Both the position numbers and the translations under genes were made by a program. 64,000 bases of DNA, from positions 569,751 to 633,750 of the forward strand of contig CAVSAA010000003.1 in NCBI GenBank assembly GCA_963725855.1, in the 5' to 3' direction. Below, piece after piece: positions 50,898 to 62,934 of the stretch (position 1 is its first letter; every line of letters starts with the position of its first letter). Below the pieces are notes generated by a model that was given only the letters and a program-made list of their open reading frames with translations, searched no databases and had not been told where the DNA came from. The DNA comes from Candidatus Bathyarchaeota archaeon. Lineage in GTDB: Archaea; Thermoproteota; Bathyarchaeia; Bathyarchaeales; Bathycorpusculaceae.

Positions 50898-51035
50898 GTG
50901 TTATTTTATCTATGAAGCGAAATCAACAGTTGGCTCATAGAGTTTTATTGATGATTCCAAACTAAAAAATTAAAATAACAATTCCTTCTCTTAATAAAGA
51001 AAAACCGTCAACAAACTATTAAACGAATGTTGGTT

Positions 51036-51233
51036 CTATCTTGTAGCAACAACGCTGCTAAGCGTTTGCCTTTCACAAGTATGGGCATTCTTCGAAAAGG
51101 AAAATAGGTTTTCAGTTTTTTTATTTAGGAGGTTACTTTTTCTGTCTGTCCATGATAGGCACCATCCAATAAGAAACGTGAAAACAAGAAAAGGCAACAT
51201 AAAAATTATTTGAATTCTGTTCTGTTTTGCCAA
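51036..51233 (-). CDS. Small membrane protein
   Basis: IIFMLPFLVFTFLIGWCLSW transmembrane segment. Confidence 0.4.
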   Translation of the reverse strand: MAKQNRIQIIFMLPFLVFTFLIGWCLSWTDRKSNLLNKKTENLFSFSKNAHTCERQTLSSVVATR

Positions 51234-51687
51234 ATTTATTCCCCTTGCAACAATTACTATCTAAAAACAAAATAAGACTTTTTGAGAAGCGCACTTCGCT
51301 GATTTGTCAATTCCTGTTATCTTCCTTAAGAAAAATATAGCTTTTAAAATATTCTCTCAAATGAAGTGATTTCGGAATCCTCAAACACTTGGGACGAATT
51401 ATACGATGAATGGGTACTTCTTTGAACTCTGGGTAGATATTGAGAAAACATTGAATCATAGATAGAATTATTTTAAATTTGCTTGGCTTTTTTTGTCTCT
51501 TAGGAGTCTTTTTTCCGTTTAGCTCTGACCTGATAAAATTTGGAAATGGTTGTAAGGAACGCTGTGATTATCATTGTGTAATCAACAATAAAGTTATGAT
51601 TAAAAAGGTTAGATATTGAACGATGAACCCGACTGAGTCTACGATAACCGAAACGTTAAAATTTATTTAGACTTTTATTTTAGAAAG

Positions 51688-52107
51688 GTGAATTTTTTGC
51701 CAGTTAATCAAAAGGGAACAAAAGACGATCCGTGGATACTTAAAACACCTCCAGGCACTTCCGAATTTAGAGCATATCGGGACCAAACTGCTGACCCACC
51801 AACGGTTGTTGTTTGGGTTGGTAAAACAGAACTCAAATATCAACTCCGCTGCTTGGATGATTTGTATAAAATGTTGAAAGAAAAAGGAGATTGGATGCCG
51901 CTTGGTAGTGCAGACGAGCAGAAACCAGCCGCGGAAGGAACTGTTGAAGCTTGGGGTAGATCTCCTAAAAACCCCGTGGGTGGATGGTATGGTATCAAGA
52001 AAGGATTGAGAGGGCGATTTGCAAACTATATACCGCCAATATTGGAGGCTTTAGGTCAGGCGGAAGTTGAACATAACCCTAAAAACAATCGAATGCGAGC
52101 ACTCTGA
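51688..52107 (+). CDS. Conserved hypothetical protein (DUF6855-like)
   Basis: PWILKTPPGTS, LGSADEQKPA, NPVGGWYG and GRFANY. Confidence 0.75.
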   Translation: MNFLPVNQKGTKDDPWILKTPPGTSEFRAYRDQTADPPTVVVWVGKTELKYQLRCLDDLYKMLKEKGDWMPLGSADEQKPAAEGTVEAWGRSPKNPVGGWYGIKKGLRGRFANYIPPILEALGQAEVEHNPKNNRMRAL

Positions 52108-52200
52108 GTTTCTCCCTTTCTTCTCTTTTCCTAAATAATAATCGTATACACACATAATTGGTATTTAATAAGACAAAAAATAAGCTAAGAGAGAGAAAAT

Positions 52201-52677
52201 ATGCTAACTATAACTGATTGGGCAGCCATTTTAACAGCAATAGCTAGCACCTTTGCTGCAACATTTTTTCTACTTGAGCTAAGACACATGAATAAGCACA
52301 GGGATTTAGAAATCACAATGAAATTATTCGAATGGGCTGAAACTGATAGGCTTCGAAAAGCGTTCGGATGGATCGAGAAAGAATTCAAGTTTGAAAATTT
52401 TGAGAAATATAAAGTTGACATAGCTAAAAAATTTGAAGTTGGTGATTACCCATTTCAAGTTGAAGCTTACTTTGAAGAGGTGGGTTTTCTAGTAAACAAA
52501 AAGTTTGTTGATCTTGATGTAATTGTAGATCGTTTAGGAGGTTACATCATTTCAAATTGGAGGAGACTTGAGCCTTGGATTCGTGCAATACGTAAGATAA
52601 GGGATGATGAAACTTTCGGTGAACATTTTGAATTGTTATATGCAAAAACGTCTGCCTACATGAAGAAGAAAAAATAG
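52201..52677 (+). CDS. Membrane-anchored hypothetical protein (DUF4760-like)
   Basis: N-terminal TM helix; YFEEVGFLV...W..LEPWI...FE.L. Confidence 0.7.
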   Translation: MLTITDWAAILTAIASTFAATFFLLELRHMNKHRDLEITMKLFEWAETDRLRKAFGWIEKEFKFENFEKYKVDIAKKFEVGDYPFQVEAYFEEVGFLVNKKFVDLDVIVDRLGGYIISNWRRLEPWIRAIRKIRDDETFGEHFELLYAKTSAYMKKKK

Positions 52678-52765
52678 GTCATTTTGCCGAGAAAGTAAGC
52701 TTTTTTTTAAGCCACACCCGGACACATCCGAAGTGTGTCTAAAAAGGATTCCCTGCCCCTGGACA

Positions 52766-53231
52766 TTATTGGCTACTAATTTGGCCAGCTATATTCTTCC
52801 CAAAACCTACGCATTTAGGTAGTTCCCCTTCTACTATGGGTCCAGATATTCCTTTTACTCTAACGGATAGCTCTGGAGAAATCAGCTTTAGGTTGGGCAG
52901 TTTCTTTCCTGCCATTTTTTCCATTTTTTCACAGCTCTGTCTATAGGTCTAGCATTTCCAGAGTAAGTCCCGAAAACAGCCACCTGTTTCAATCTCAAAT
53001 CATATTCAGCCATTCTATCAATAAACTTCTTCATGCTTCGGGAAGGCCGTCCCATATGATTTGGTGCACCCAATAGATGGCATCGTAACAAACTAAACTT
53101 CCAATGTCGATTTCTTTAACATAGCCAATTGCGGTTTTGATTCCGCCAAATTCTTTTATGCCCTCCGAAATTTTCTCTGCAAGTTTCGCGTTACCGTATT
53201 TTGAGTCGTATGCGATAAAGATTTTTGTCAA
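52766..53231 (-). pseudogene. Flavodoxin-like protein (frameshifted)
   Basis: IAYDSKYGNA, GAPNHMG, AVFGTY and GPIVEGELPKC..FG across three frames. Confidence 0.75.
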
Positions 53232-53317
53232 AAGATCTCCTCTTAAGGGTTAATAGTATAACAATATTATTCGTGGAAGATAAAGAAAACAAATGGAAGT
53301 GATTAGAGCAAACTGAA

Positions 53318-53551
53318 CTATTCTACCGCTTCAACTTTTTGTACTTCTGGGACTCTTTGCTTAATTACTGCTTCAACACCATTTTTGAGCGTCATAGCCG
53401 ACATGGGGCAACCCGCGCAATGTCCAACTAAACGGACTTTAACAGTTGATCCTTCAACTGCAACAAATTCAACGTCTCCACCATCCATTTGGATTTGAGG
53501 TCTTATCTCGTCGAGTGCGTCTTGGACTCTTTTTTGGATTTTTTCAGTCAT
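53318..53551 (-). CDS. NifU C-terminal-like (NfuA) Fe-S carrier
   Basis: IRPQIQMDGGDVE...GHCAGCPMSAMTLK. Confidence 0.93.
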   Translation of the reverse strand: MTEKIQKRVQDALDEIRPQIQMDGGDVEFVAVEGSTVKVRLVGHCAGCPMSAMTLKNGVEAVIKQRVPEVQKVEAVE

Positions 53552-53946
53552 ATAACTTCACTTATGCATCTTTGAAAAGAATAAAAGATTATAAAAGATT
53601 CCTGTTTCTTGGGGGCAACTTCTACTCTTTTACTTTAGGAAGAACTTTTGTAGCCCATTCAGTTTTGGTTGAGTAGATTGTTCGCAGTTTTGGTGTAGAG
53701 GTGGATGTCAATTTTACTTTTGCAAGCATTCGACTTTTGGATTTGCTGATTGCACTGTTTCGTTTTGGCTTGTTCCTGTTTATTTTATAGTTTTCAGGGT
53801 TCATATTCGATCTCTGATATTCAACTTGAGTTCTGACATATAGGAGTTTGCCCTATAAAAAATTGTTTTTTTTCCAGACTTTAGCCTACGGAAGATTTAA
53901 GCCCTTATATCTTTATTTACAAATAAAATAAGGAAGAAGGTTTGCG

Positions 53947-54186
53947 ATGGTTCATAGAAGAGTTCGGGGCGGGAAATTCAAAATAAAACATGTTGAGAAA
54001 CGGAGTCCCGTCGAGTTGGGAGACGAATTAGAAATAAACATCATAGGTACCTGTCCAAACGGAGATGGCATGTCTAAAATTCAAGGGTACGTTATACAGG
54101 TCCCGAAGGCTAAGCCTAGAGAACGCGTAAAAGTAAAAATTAATTATGTGGGCAAAAAAGTGGCAACCGGCGAAATAGTCAAATAA
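53947..54186 (+). CDS. TRAM-domain protein
   Basis: PVELGDELEI...GDGMSKIQGYVIQVP...VKVKI. Confidence 0.85.
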   Translation: MVHRRVRGGKFKIKHVEKRSPVELGDELEINIIGTCPNGDGMSKIQGYVIQVPKAKPRERVKVKINYVGKKVATGEIVK

Positions 54187-54264
54187 CCACCCTAAAACGT
54201 TTTTGTGATTTTGGTGGAGTCGTTATTTTCTGAAAACCGGAGAAAGCCTGGCGAATTAACATTA

Positions 54265-55351
54265 GACCTTAGTTTCAATTAGGGTTTTAGGGCTAAAACG
54301 AAGGTTTTATTAGCTTAGAGGTGCAATATTTGCCTTTTGGGCTGTTTGAATGCTAAATTACAGCGTATTATCGAAAAAACCCCAACATTTCAGGAATTTT
54401 TCAGGCGTAGAATTAGAAGAATTTGACACCTTAAACCTAAAGATAAACGAGAAATATGACTCTACGAGCAAAAAAGACTTGCCAGAGTAGACAGAAAAAG
54501 AGCATTCGGCGCAGGTCACCCCTTCAACCTCTCTCTAACAGACCGCTTGCTCATGCTGCTAATCGTACTACCACATGTACCCATCATCAACACTACTAGG
54601 CTACCTCTTTGATCCTCAGCCAAACCAGCGTGCTCAAAACCATCAGAAAACTAGAGCCCATGGTCAGCGAGGTTTTGCCACTGCCAAAACGGAACATGAC
54701 AAGGTTAGACGGCTGAAACAGTTGATGAGGTTGAAGCGATGTTTCCAGGCTTCAAAGCTTTTTTGGATGCAACAGAGCAGGAGATCCCAAGACCACATGG
54801 CAAGCGTAAGCGAAAGACGCACTACAGCGGCAAAAGAAAGAAACATACCGTTAAGACCCAGCTAACCGTGAACAAAGAAGGCCTGATAATACACAAGACC
54901 AGTCATGTTAAGGGCAGCATGCATGACTACACCTTGTATAAGCATAGTCATCCGCATTTGCCAGATAAGGTCCGTTTAGATTTGGATTTGGGTTATCTTC
55001 GGAGTAAAGGGTGATTATCCCAAGCTGAACTGTATGTTGCCAATCAAGAAGAAAAATCCTGGACGGGGCAAACGGGGCGTGAGGGGCTAAGGCACTTTCG
55101 GTGGAGCAGAAAGCGTTCAACAGGTCGCTTGCAAAGGAGAGGGTGGTTGTGGAGCATACGAATAGTCGGGTGAAAAAGTTTCGTATATTTGGAGATGAGT
55201 TTAGGAATCGCCTTAAACGTTACGACGTTATGACTAACATAGTTTGTGGGTTAGTTAATTTTCGTATATCTGGAAAACTGTTTATCTGAAGTCTGATCTA
55301 ATAGTGGTAAATCTACGGTGAAAAATTAGTAAAATAATAGGTACTAAGGTC
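54265..55351 (+). mobile_element. IS5-family (ISL2-like) insertion sequence, about 1.09 kb
   Basis: Terminal inverted repeats GACCTTAGT(TTCAATTA) and (TAATAGGT)ACTAAGGTC, with TA on both flanks; encloses a DDE transposase. Confidence 0.82.
54350..55289 (+). pseudogene. DDE_Tnp_4-type transposase, multiple frameshifts
   Basis: LDATEQEIPRP, YSGKRKKHTVK, HD, DLGY and RVVVEHTN..VK.F in successive frames. Confidence 0.85.
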
Positions 55352-55726
55352 TATTCTGTGTTTTTATTCTTCAGTTCATTATCGATAATGCTTAGAAGAC
55401 GGTCAGGCTGGATTGGCTTTCTAAGAAGCGCGTCTGCGCCTTCAATGCTGGTTTGCCAAAGAAATTTTCCTGTAAGCATAATCTTTACGGTGTGTGGGGA
55501 AGTGGAGTGTATTAGTGGAAAAAGTTCGGTGCCTTCCATGTCGTCGAGGCATAAATCAATTAACGCGACATCATAGTGGTTGTTGCTTATTTTTTCAATG
55601 GCTTCTTTGCCTTTTTCAGCGACTTCTACAAAATAGCCTTTCCTCTGGAAAACTTTGGTTAAAGTTCGTAAAATAGACTGTGTCGTCATCTATAATAAGT
55701 ATAGATGGCTTGCCTGCAATAAACAA
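55351..55726 (-). CDS. Single-domain response regulator (frameshift near 55683)
   Basis: SILIIDDD / SILRTL..., ALIDL, MLTG and KP. Confidence 0.85.
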
Positions 55727-55802
55727 GCTTAAAACCTGACAAGATATATCCGCTGTTTAGTTATTTATAGCTTCATACAAGCAAGCGCCGATACCTAACG
55801 AC

Positions 55803-56048
55803 TCAGAAGTATGTTTGGGGATGTTTAATCCACACTTTAACGTTGCTCTGCACCCTTATCCTTCCCTCTGTCTGCATCAGCCGAATTTGAGACTCAACAA
55901 ACCTATCGTCGCTGCAGCGGAACTCTTTTTTGATGGCATCTTCAAGTTTGGGCAAGTTAATGTGTTCAGCTGAGCCAACTATGTTCCAAAAATGAATCTG
56001 CACCTTCTGTCTTCCTTTTTGCGTTTCCAAATTCAGGTCTTTACCCAT
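55803..56048 (-). CDS. Small hypothetical protein (possible winged helix)
   Basis: 81-aa ORF; LMQTEGRIRV helix-wing-like end. Confidence 0.55.
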   Translation of the reverse strand: MGKDLNLETQKGRQKVQIHFWNIVGSAEHINLPKLEDAIKKEFRCSDDRFVESQIRLMQTEGRIRVQSNVKVWIKHPQTYF

Positions 56049-56054
56049 TAACGT

Positions 56055-56174
56055 TTACCTTGCACAGTATGGGTCTTCGTTTTTTGCTTTATGGTGGCGT
56101 ACACATTCTTGGCAGTCGCCATGACGTATGCAATCTTTTTTGGGGCAGGGACAATTAGGCGCTCTAGCTGACAT
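56055..56174 (-). CDS. 39-aa Cys/His-rich microprotein (DUF6485-like)
   Basis: MSARAPNCPCPKKDCIRHGDCQECVRHHKAKNEDPYCAR*; below the ORF-track cutoff. Confidence 0.65.
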   Translation of the reverse strand: MSARAPNCPCPKKDCIRHGDCQECVRHHKAKNEDPYCAR

Positions 56175-56283
56175 AACCAACAATTACTTCGATGCAATAT
56201 AATTATTGCCAACCAAACATGACTAAACTCACCGTCAGCCTAATTAGCAACCGCAAACATCCCAGCCAGAACAAGGCAAAAAC

Positions 56284-56687
56284 ATGACAACCGCACCCCT
56301 GGCAAGCACAATAATCGCCATAGGTTTAATCCCCGTCGCGTTCCTTTTTGTCCACGCGTTCCTCAGCGGCAGAGGCAAAAAAACCATTCACCCGGTCACA
56401 GGCACACTTGCCATTACATGGGACCAGTAATGTCCATCGGCTACATGCTACTTCGTACCGTAACCATAACGCTAACTCCAATTTTGACAGTTTACTTTGG
56501 AATCCATGGAGCAATCGCCGTCTTAGTAATGTCTTTGGAAATTGCGGTCCTAGTCATCGGAATTTTACAGGTGAGACAGAAAGCGTCGAACAAATGGCAC
56601 GTCAAACTTGCCAAGATTCTCTTTCCGATATGGTGGTTTGCTTTTCTTTCAGGAGAAATAGTCTACCTCCTAATGTACGTCGTCTAA
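56284..56687 (+). CDS. Membrane protein (DUF420-like, frameshifted)
   Basis: Hydrophobic helices with HG and WH..LAK motifs; ATG at 56284 is in a different frame from the 56418 ORF. Confidence 0.55.
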
Positions 56688-57003
56688 GCCTCTTTTTCTC
56701 TCTTTATGTGGGTGGGACGGTTTTAAAATTTTCCACAAGACTGCATGAGAGGGTGGTTGCTTTTTGTGTTTGCAATGTTTTTCATTTCTGTTTGTTTGTG
56801 GGATAGTCGTTTTTCTTCACACGGTATACATGGTTCCATGTTGAATGAGCTAGGTTGTGGAAGCATGTTGGAAGACAAAAAAACTCGCGCATTAGGGACG
56901 GAAGAGAGCTTGCACGAAAAACACTCAAGTAAACAATTACAGAGACTAAGCCAACGAAAATTCAACTAAAATTCACTAAACCGAAAAAGGGAAGAAAAAA
57001 GGT

Positions 57004-58990
57004 TTAGACGAACAGCGACAAGAGCCTATACGCTAAGCCCCCAATTAACAGAGCTACACCTACGTTGGCTGCTGTAATTATCGTTGTGGCTTTCCACCCG
57101 AACTCTTTTCCAAGAATCGCCATTGTTGACACGCATGGTATGTAGAGCATCGCAACAAGCGCCATAACAACCAGTTGGACTGGCGTGAAGAAAAGACCCA
57201 AATTAGTGGAACCGAAAATCGCCACCGCACCTAGAATTATGAGTTCTTTTCGTACCACTCCAAGCACCAGTAAGGATCCCAGCGGCAACCGGCAATCCAA
57301 GCCATGTAACGGTCAAAGGCGACAACGCATTGCTAATGGGCGTTATAATATTGTAGACATAGAGGGCTTGAACTAAAGCACTACCAACTATGTATATGGG
57401 GAAAACTATGTAGATGATTGATTTGGTTCGCCCCCAAGTCTGTCTTACAACGACCTTAATCGAAGGACGCTTGAAACTACTCATCTCCATTATTAACCCA
57501 GTGGATTTGCCGGGAACCACCTTCATAGCAATCCTGCCTAACACAAAGATAATGGCAATGTCTACAACATAGAGAAGCAGTGCCCATTGTATACCCACAA
57601 ATAAGCCAACCATGCCGAAGAGCACAATCGTTCTTGCCGAACAAGGTGCAAATGTAATGGCGAAGGCTGCCAGGAGTCGTTCGCGTCGGGTTTCCATGAT
57701 TTTGCAAGCTTGAATTGCTGGTACACTACAACCGTAACCCAAGAATTATTGGGATTAAGGCTTTGCCGTGTAAGCCAATTTTATGCATAGCACTGTCCAT
57801 CATGAAAGCAACGCGGGTCAGGATGCCTGAATCCTCAACGATTGCAAAGAATAGGTAGAATGGAATGACGAAGGGAATAATCAGTGTTAAACCCGCATTG
57901 AATCCACCCCAAACCCCGTTTAAGATAATGCTCAAGATGGGTTGGGACGCCGATAGGGCAGGGTCAACAGGCTTAATGAAACTCAAGCCATTTGAAATTA
58001 AGGCTAGATAAGTCCATTGCCAACAAAAAACGTCCAGAGCAGCAAGCCAGCAATGACGCCTATTGATGTAAAATAGCCTAGAACTCTGTGAGTAGTTAAC
58101 CATTCGAGTTTATCTGAGAAGGTGGTCCAGATTTCGTTTTGCTGAACGGCTGAAGCGGCAATTGAACTTGCAAGCGCATACCGCTCAGATGCGATTAACT
58201 GAAAAGCATTGTTCTTGACAGCTGGCTTGGAGTTCCTGCGCAACAACTTTAGCTGAATCCGCGACTGTCTTGGACTTTTGCAGCGACGTTTTTTGTGATT
58301 TCCGTGTCGCCTTCAAGCAGCTTAATCGCCAGCCATCGGGCAGGATACTGGAGACCAATGATTTTCTTTTTCAATTATCTGCTTTAACTGTTCGATTTTT
58401 TCTTCGAGTTCTTTTCTGTATTTTAGTTGCTTAGGTTTGGGCTTGTGAGTGGCGACTTTAACTGCTTCACGGACCAATTCATAGATGCCTTCGCCCCGAG
58501 TAGCAGTGGCAAAGACTACTGGGATTCCTAATGCATGTTCGAGCTTTTCTTTATCAATGATCATACCCTTGTTTTTGGCAACATCAATCTGGTTGAGACA
58601 CAATACCAGGGGCGCCTGCATCTCAAGCAGTTGCAGTGTAAAGAACAAGTTACGTTCCAAAACCGAGGCGTCGACAACATTTATGACAACGTCGGGCTTT
58701 TCAAGAGCAATGTAGTCTCTGGAAACAAGTTCCTCCATGGAAAACGTTGAAAACGAGTAAATTCCCGGTAAGTCAATGATTTTAGTTTCGTAGCCTTCAA
58801 AACTAAGCGTACCCTCCGCACGATCCACGGTTTTCCCAGGCCAATTGCCAATTATCTGGTTTGAGCCAGTTAGCTGATTGAAGATTACGCTTTTGCCAAC
58901 GTTTGCATTTCCTGCAAGCGCAAAAGTTAGATGTTTACCGTTCCCATCGGATGCTTTACCTTTTGACTTAGAAATAGAGTGGCATGACAT
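57004..58990 (-). CDS. feoB: Ferrous iron transporter FeoB (several frameshifts)
   Basis: [41 protein letters not shown] and YIPCVST spread over five ORF fragments. Confidence 0.92.
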
Positions 58991-59004
58991 AATTTGTGAA
59001 CTCC

Positions 59005-59741
59005 TTAACTATTTTGGTCTATCTCAACAAAGACTTTGGATGCAATGTCTCTGCCCAATGCTAATTTTGAACCTCGAACTGAAATCTGAATGGGTCCCTC
59101 AAATGGTGCCGCTTTCATTAGGGTTATTTTTGTACTTGGTGTTAGTCCCATGTCCAAGAGCCGCTGTAGTACATTGTGGCCTCCTCTTATGAAGGTGATT
59201 TTCCCGATTGCCCATCCTTTGAGCTCGCTGAAGGGGAATTAGGTTTTCTGTTTCTTTTTCCAACTTCTTCTAAGCCTTGATTGTGAAGTTTTATGCATTC
59301 TTCACAGTTCGAGAAGGGTAGGTCGCATGCAGGAATGGTTTTTCCGTCGTCGGAGCAGGTATCTGGGTGTTTTAGTAAGCGGCATAGAGACTCTTCGGCT
59401 TCGTCAGAGAGAGCATGCTCCATTTGGCAGGCTTCCTTGTGAACTTTGTCTTTGCCGATATGTAAGACGTCGGATAGGAACGTTTCTAGCAAGCGGTGTT
59501 TTCGGGTTACTCGCTGGGCTTCTTGGAGTCCTTTTTCGGTGAGGGTACTGCCGTGGTAGGGTGAATATTTAATGTAGCCGTCTTGGGCGAGTTTTTTTAG
59601 CATTTCTGTTACGCTTGCTGGAGCCACGTCTAGTTTTTGGGAGATTTCGGTTGTACTGACTAGGTCTCCGTTTCGGCTTAAGCCGTAGATGGCTTTGAGG
59701 TAGTCTTGGGTTGATTTTTGCTCCATTCTTTCTCGTCTCAA
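59005..59741 (-). CDS. DtxR/MntR-family metalloregulator with C-terminal FeoA domain (frameshifted)
   Basis: [24 protein letters not shown] and EACQMEH; shifted frame gives [11 protein letters not shown]...[17 protein letters not shown]. Confidence 0.88.
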
Positions 59742-59742
59742 A

Positions 59743-59790
59743 TTTAGGTAAACCTAAACTTATCTTAATAAAGGTTTAGGCACACCTAAG
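59743..59790. promoter_or_regulatory. Two DtxR-family operator palindromes flanking a TATA-like box
   Basis: TTTAGGTAAACCTAAA (59743-59758) and TTTAGGCACACCTAAG (59775-59790); minus-strand TTTATTAA lies between them. Confidence 0.8.
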
Positions 59791-59904
59791 AAATAACATC
59801 CATCAAACACTACATCGTTACAATCTTTGAACATCCACCCACTCCCAGCAACGGCTAAATACTGCAAAGCCTAATTCCGTTGATACTCAGCAGAGGCAAA
59901 AACA

Positions 59905-61245
59905 ATGAAAGACCTGCCCGATTTAGTCCAAGACATTTTGGAAGCTACCCGAAAACACGAGCAATACCGTGACAAAGAATGCATTAACATGATTGCTAGT
60001 GAAGGACTAAAATCTCCGGCAGTTAACCAGATGCTCGATCTTTCACATGACCTCGCATGCCGCTACGCTGAAGGAGAAAACGATGCCCAAGGACACGTAA
60101 AAAAGCGCTATTACCAAGGGCAAAAATACATGTCGCAGATTGAGGACTTCGCAACCGACATTATGAAGAGTCTGTTCAACAGCACTTGGGCAGATGTGCG
60201 ATTGGTTTCAGGTACTCATGCGAACCTTGCAACATTTCAAGGGTTTGTCGTTAGCTTCAAAGAATAACAAGATGGTTGTCACCCCACTTGAGTTGTGGTG
60301 CCCACATAAGTCATGATTACACTGGTTTAGCCGGCAACATTTTGGGTTTAGACAACATCAATCACGTATACAACATTGATGAGTTTAACATTGACGCTGA
60401 AAAATCTGCATACGTCATACGCGCTGCCAAACCAGGAATCGTCACATTTGGCGGCAGCCTCTTTCTGTTTCCACACCCAATTAGAGAGTTAAAAGAAGTC
60501 TGCCAGGAAGTTGGTGCATTCATCGCCTACGACGCCTCGCACGTACTAGGCTTAATCGCAGGTGGACAATTCCAAGATCCACTCCGCGAAGGCGCAGACT
60601 TCATCACCTCATCAACCCATAAAACCTTCCCCGGTCCTCAAGGTGGAGTTATAATGGGAAGCCCAAATAGCCCAGCAATGGAGAAAGCAGTGAAAAAGAT
60701 CCAGTTCGCAGTTTTTCCGCTTAGCGCTTCAAGCACCCATCTGGGCAGATTGCCAGCTCTTAGCATAGCCGCGTTGGAAATGAAGGTTTTCGGCGCACAA
60801 CTGGCAAGTCAAATAGTCAAAAACGCTCAAACTGCAGGTCAATATCTCTGCGAAAACGGCGTTAAAGTTTTGGCTGAACACAAAGGCTTCACAAGGTCAC
60901 ATCAGATTGCTCGTTGACGTTCGCAGTTTCGGTGGTGGCAACAAGATCGCACAAGACCTTGAAGATGCAAACATCATTCTGAACAAGAACCTGCTTCCTT
61001 ACGATGACCAAAGCTCCAAAGAGAACCCCTCAGGCTTACGAGTCGGCTTCCAGGACGTAACTAGGCGGGGATTTGGTGAAGGCGATATAAAGCACCTCTG
61101 CGATTTGATGCTTGACGTAATAAAAGGCAAACGCACGCCCGCACAGGTCAAAGTAGATGTTTTGGCGCTCAAAAAAGAGTTTATCAACGTAAAATACGGG
61201 TTCCAAAACGTCGAGGAAGCCTTAAGCTACATAAAAAAGGCTTAA
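59905..61245 (+). CDS. glyA: Serine hydroxymethyltransferase (two frameshifts)
   Basis: NMIASE, YAEG, SGTHAN, GAHISH, YDASH, STHKTFPGPQGG and SGLRVG. Confidence 0.92.
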
Positions 61246-61319
61246 ACCACCCTTATCTTTTGTTTTTCTTGATGCTAAACATTAATTAAGTCACTTTTCG
61301 CTTTTAAAACGGGAAAACA

Positions 61320-61600
61320 ATGACCTTCGATCTCCTCTCGATTCTCTTCTTAATCGCTTTCATAGGTATTCTACTTCTTTTTGTGTCTGCTTCCAAGGTA
61401 TGGTCCACATTACACCTCAAGGTTGACGTGCCCAAACTGCGAAAAAGTCTTCAACTTCCACTGGATTCCAGGCGCAACCATAACCTCGCTGGTTTATCGC
61501 AACAGGCGAACACTAAAATGCCCCTACTGCCACGTGAAATCAACCTATGAATATAGTATCAACACGAGTCCGCAAATCAAAGAACGCTTTGAAAGTCAAG
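61320..61600 (+). CDS. Small membrane-anchored Zn-ribbon protein (frameshifted; end approximate)
   Basis: TM helix followed by CPNC...CPYC in the adjacent frame. Confidence 0.45.
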
Positions 61601-61695
61601 CCAAAAGCATAAACGATCAGGATGTTTTTTCAGAGAACTTTATTATCCACAACAGCAATCAAACTTTCCAATTAACCTTCACGGAGACGCTCAGC

Positions 61696-62881
61696 ATGAA
61701 GGTACTGTTAAATGACGGTTTAGAAAAAGAAGGCTTAAAACTCTTCCAAGAAGCAGGCATAGAAACTGACACCAAAAAAAGAGACCTCATCAGCTCTTGC
61801 CGCTGAGATTGGACAGTTTGACGCTTTAGTTGTCCGCAGCGCCACGAAAGTAACACGCGAGGTTTTAGAGGCAGGAGCAAAAGGGAAACTCAAAATCGTC
61901 GGCAGAGCAGGCGTAGGCTATGATAACATTGACGTAGCGGCTGCCTCAGAATTCGGTATTGTAGTAAAATCCGCTCCATACGGCAGTACCAACGCCGTTG
62001 CAGAATTAACTATAGGCTTAATGCTAAGCATTTCAAGAAACACTCCTCAAGCTCACAATTCACTAAGAAATGCCGTTTGGAAAAAAGATAAACTCAAAGG
62101 CACCGAACTTGCCTACAAAACCCTGGGGCTTCTTGGCTGCGGAAGAATCGGGCAAAAAGTCGCGCAGATAGCTAAACGCGGCTTTGACATGGAAGTCATA
62201 GGCCACGACATCAGACCATGCCTTGAATCTGGCATAAAGTTTCTTTCAAAAGAGGAAGTTATCGCAAAAGCCGACTACATAAGCATCCACACCGGCGGCA
62301 AAGAAGTAATCATCGGCGAAAAAGAACTCTGCCAAATGAAGAAAACTGCTTACCTTATTAATACATCAAGAGGCAGCAACATAGACGAGCAGGCAGTGTA
62401 CAATGCCCTAAAAGAGGGCAAAATAGCTGGTTTAGCAACCGATGTTTACTCCGATGAACCTAAAGCAGATGGCTTAGAATTCAAGAATAAATTCAAAGAA
62501 CTCGACAATGTAGTTATGAGCTGTCACTTGGGCGCATCAACTGTTGAAGCTCAAAGGGAAACTTCAACCGAGATTGCCCGTGTCGTTTCAGGTTACCTTT
62601 TAGGCGGAGATTTCACCAACTCGGTTAACGCGGGTGAAAACATCGAAGTGGAAGAAAAACCAGTCCACACACTTTTCATTCACCATCGCGACGTCCCTGG
62701 TGTATTTGCAAACATTGACAAAGTCCTAGCTGACAATGATATTAACATACGCGCGAACTATTCGAGGCAAATAGGCAACAGTGGATATGCCATCTCAGTC
62801 TATGTTCTACACAAAAAAGTCACAGATGAAATAGCCAGCAAAATCAAAGCCATCCCCAACATCTGCAACGTAAAATTCTAG
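61696..62881 (+). CDS. serA: D-3-phosphoglycerate dehydrogenase with ACT domain (frameshift near 61790)
   Basis: MKVLLNDGL / VRSATKV, GRAGVGYDNID, GCGRIG, INTSRG, HLGAST and ACT motif HRDVPGV. Confidence 0.9.
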
Positions 62882-62934
62882 ACTCTTTGCTTTTTCAACA
62901 GGCATATAAACAACTTTTCTTCTTTTAAGTAGCC

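Noticed and set aside
51618-51656. Hammerhead-like or C/D-like words (GATGA, CTGA, CGAAA)
   Set aside because: The CTGANGA core and the required stems are absent
53622-53804. 60-aa basic ORF
   Set aside because: Low complexity, no motif, and cannot be supported as a real gene
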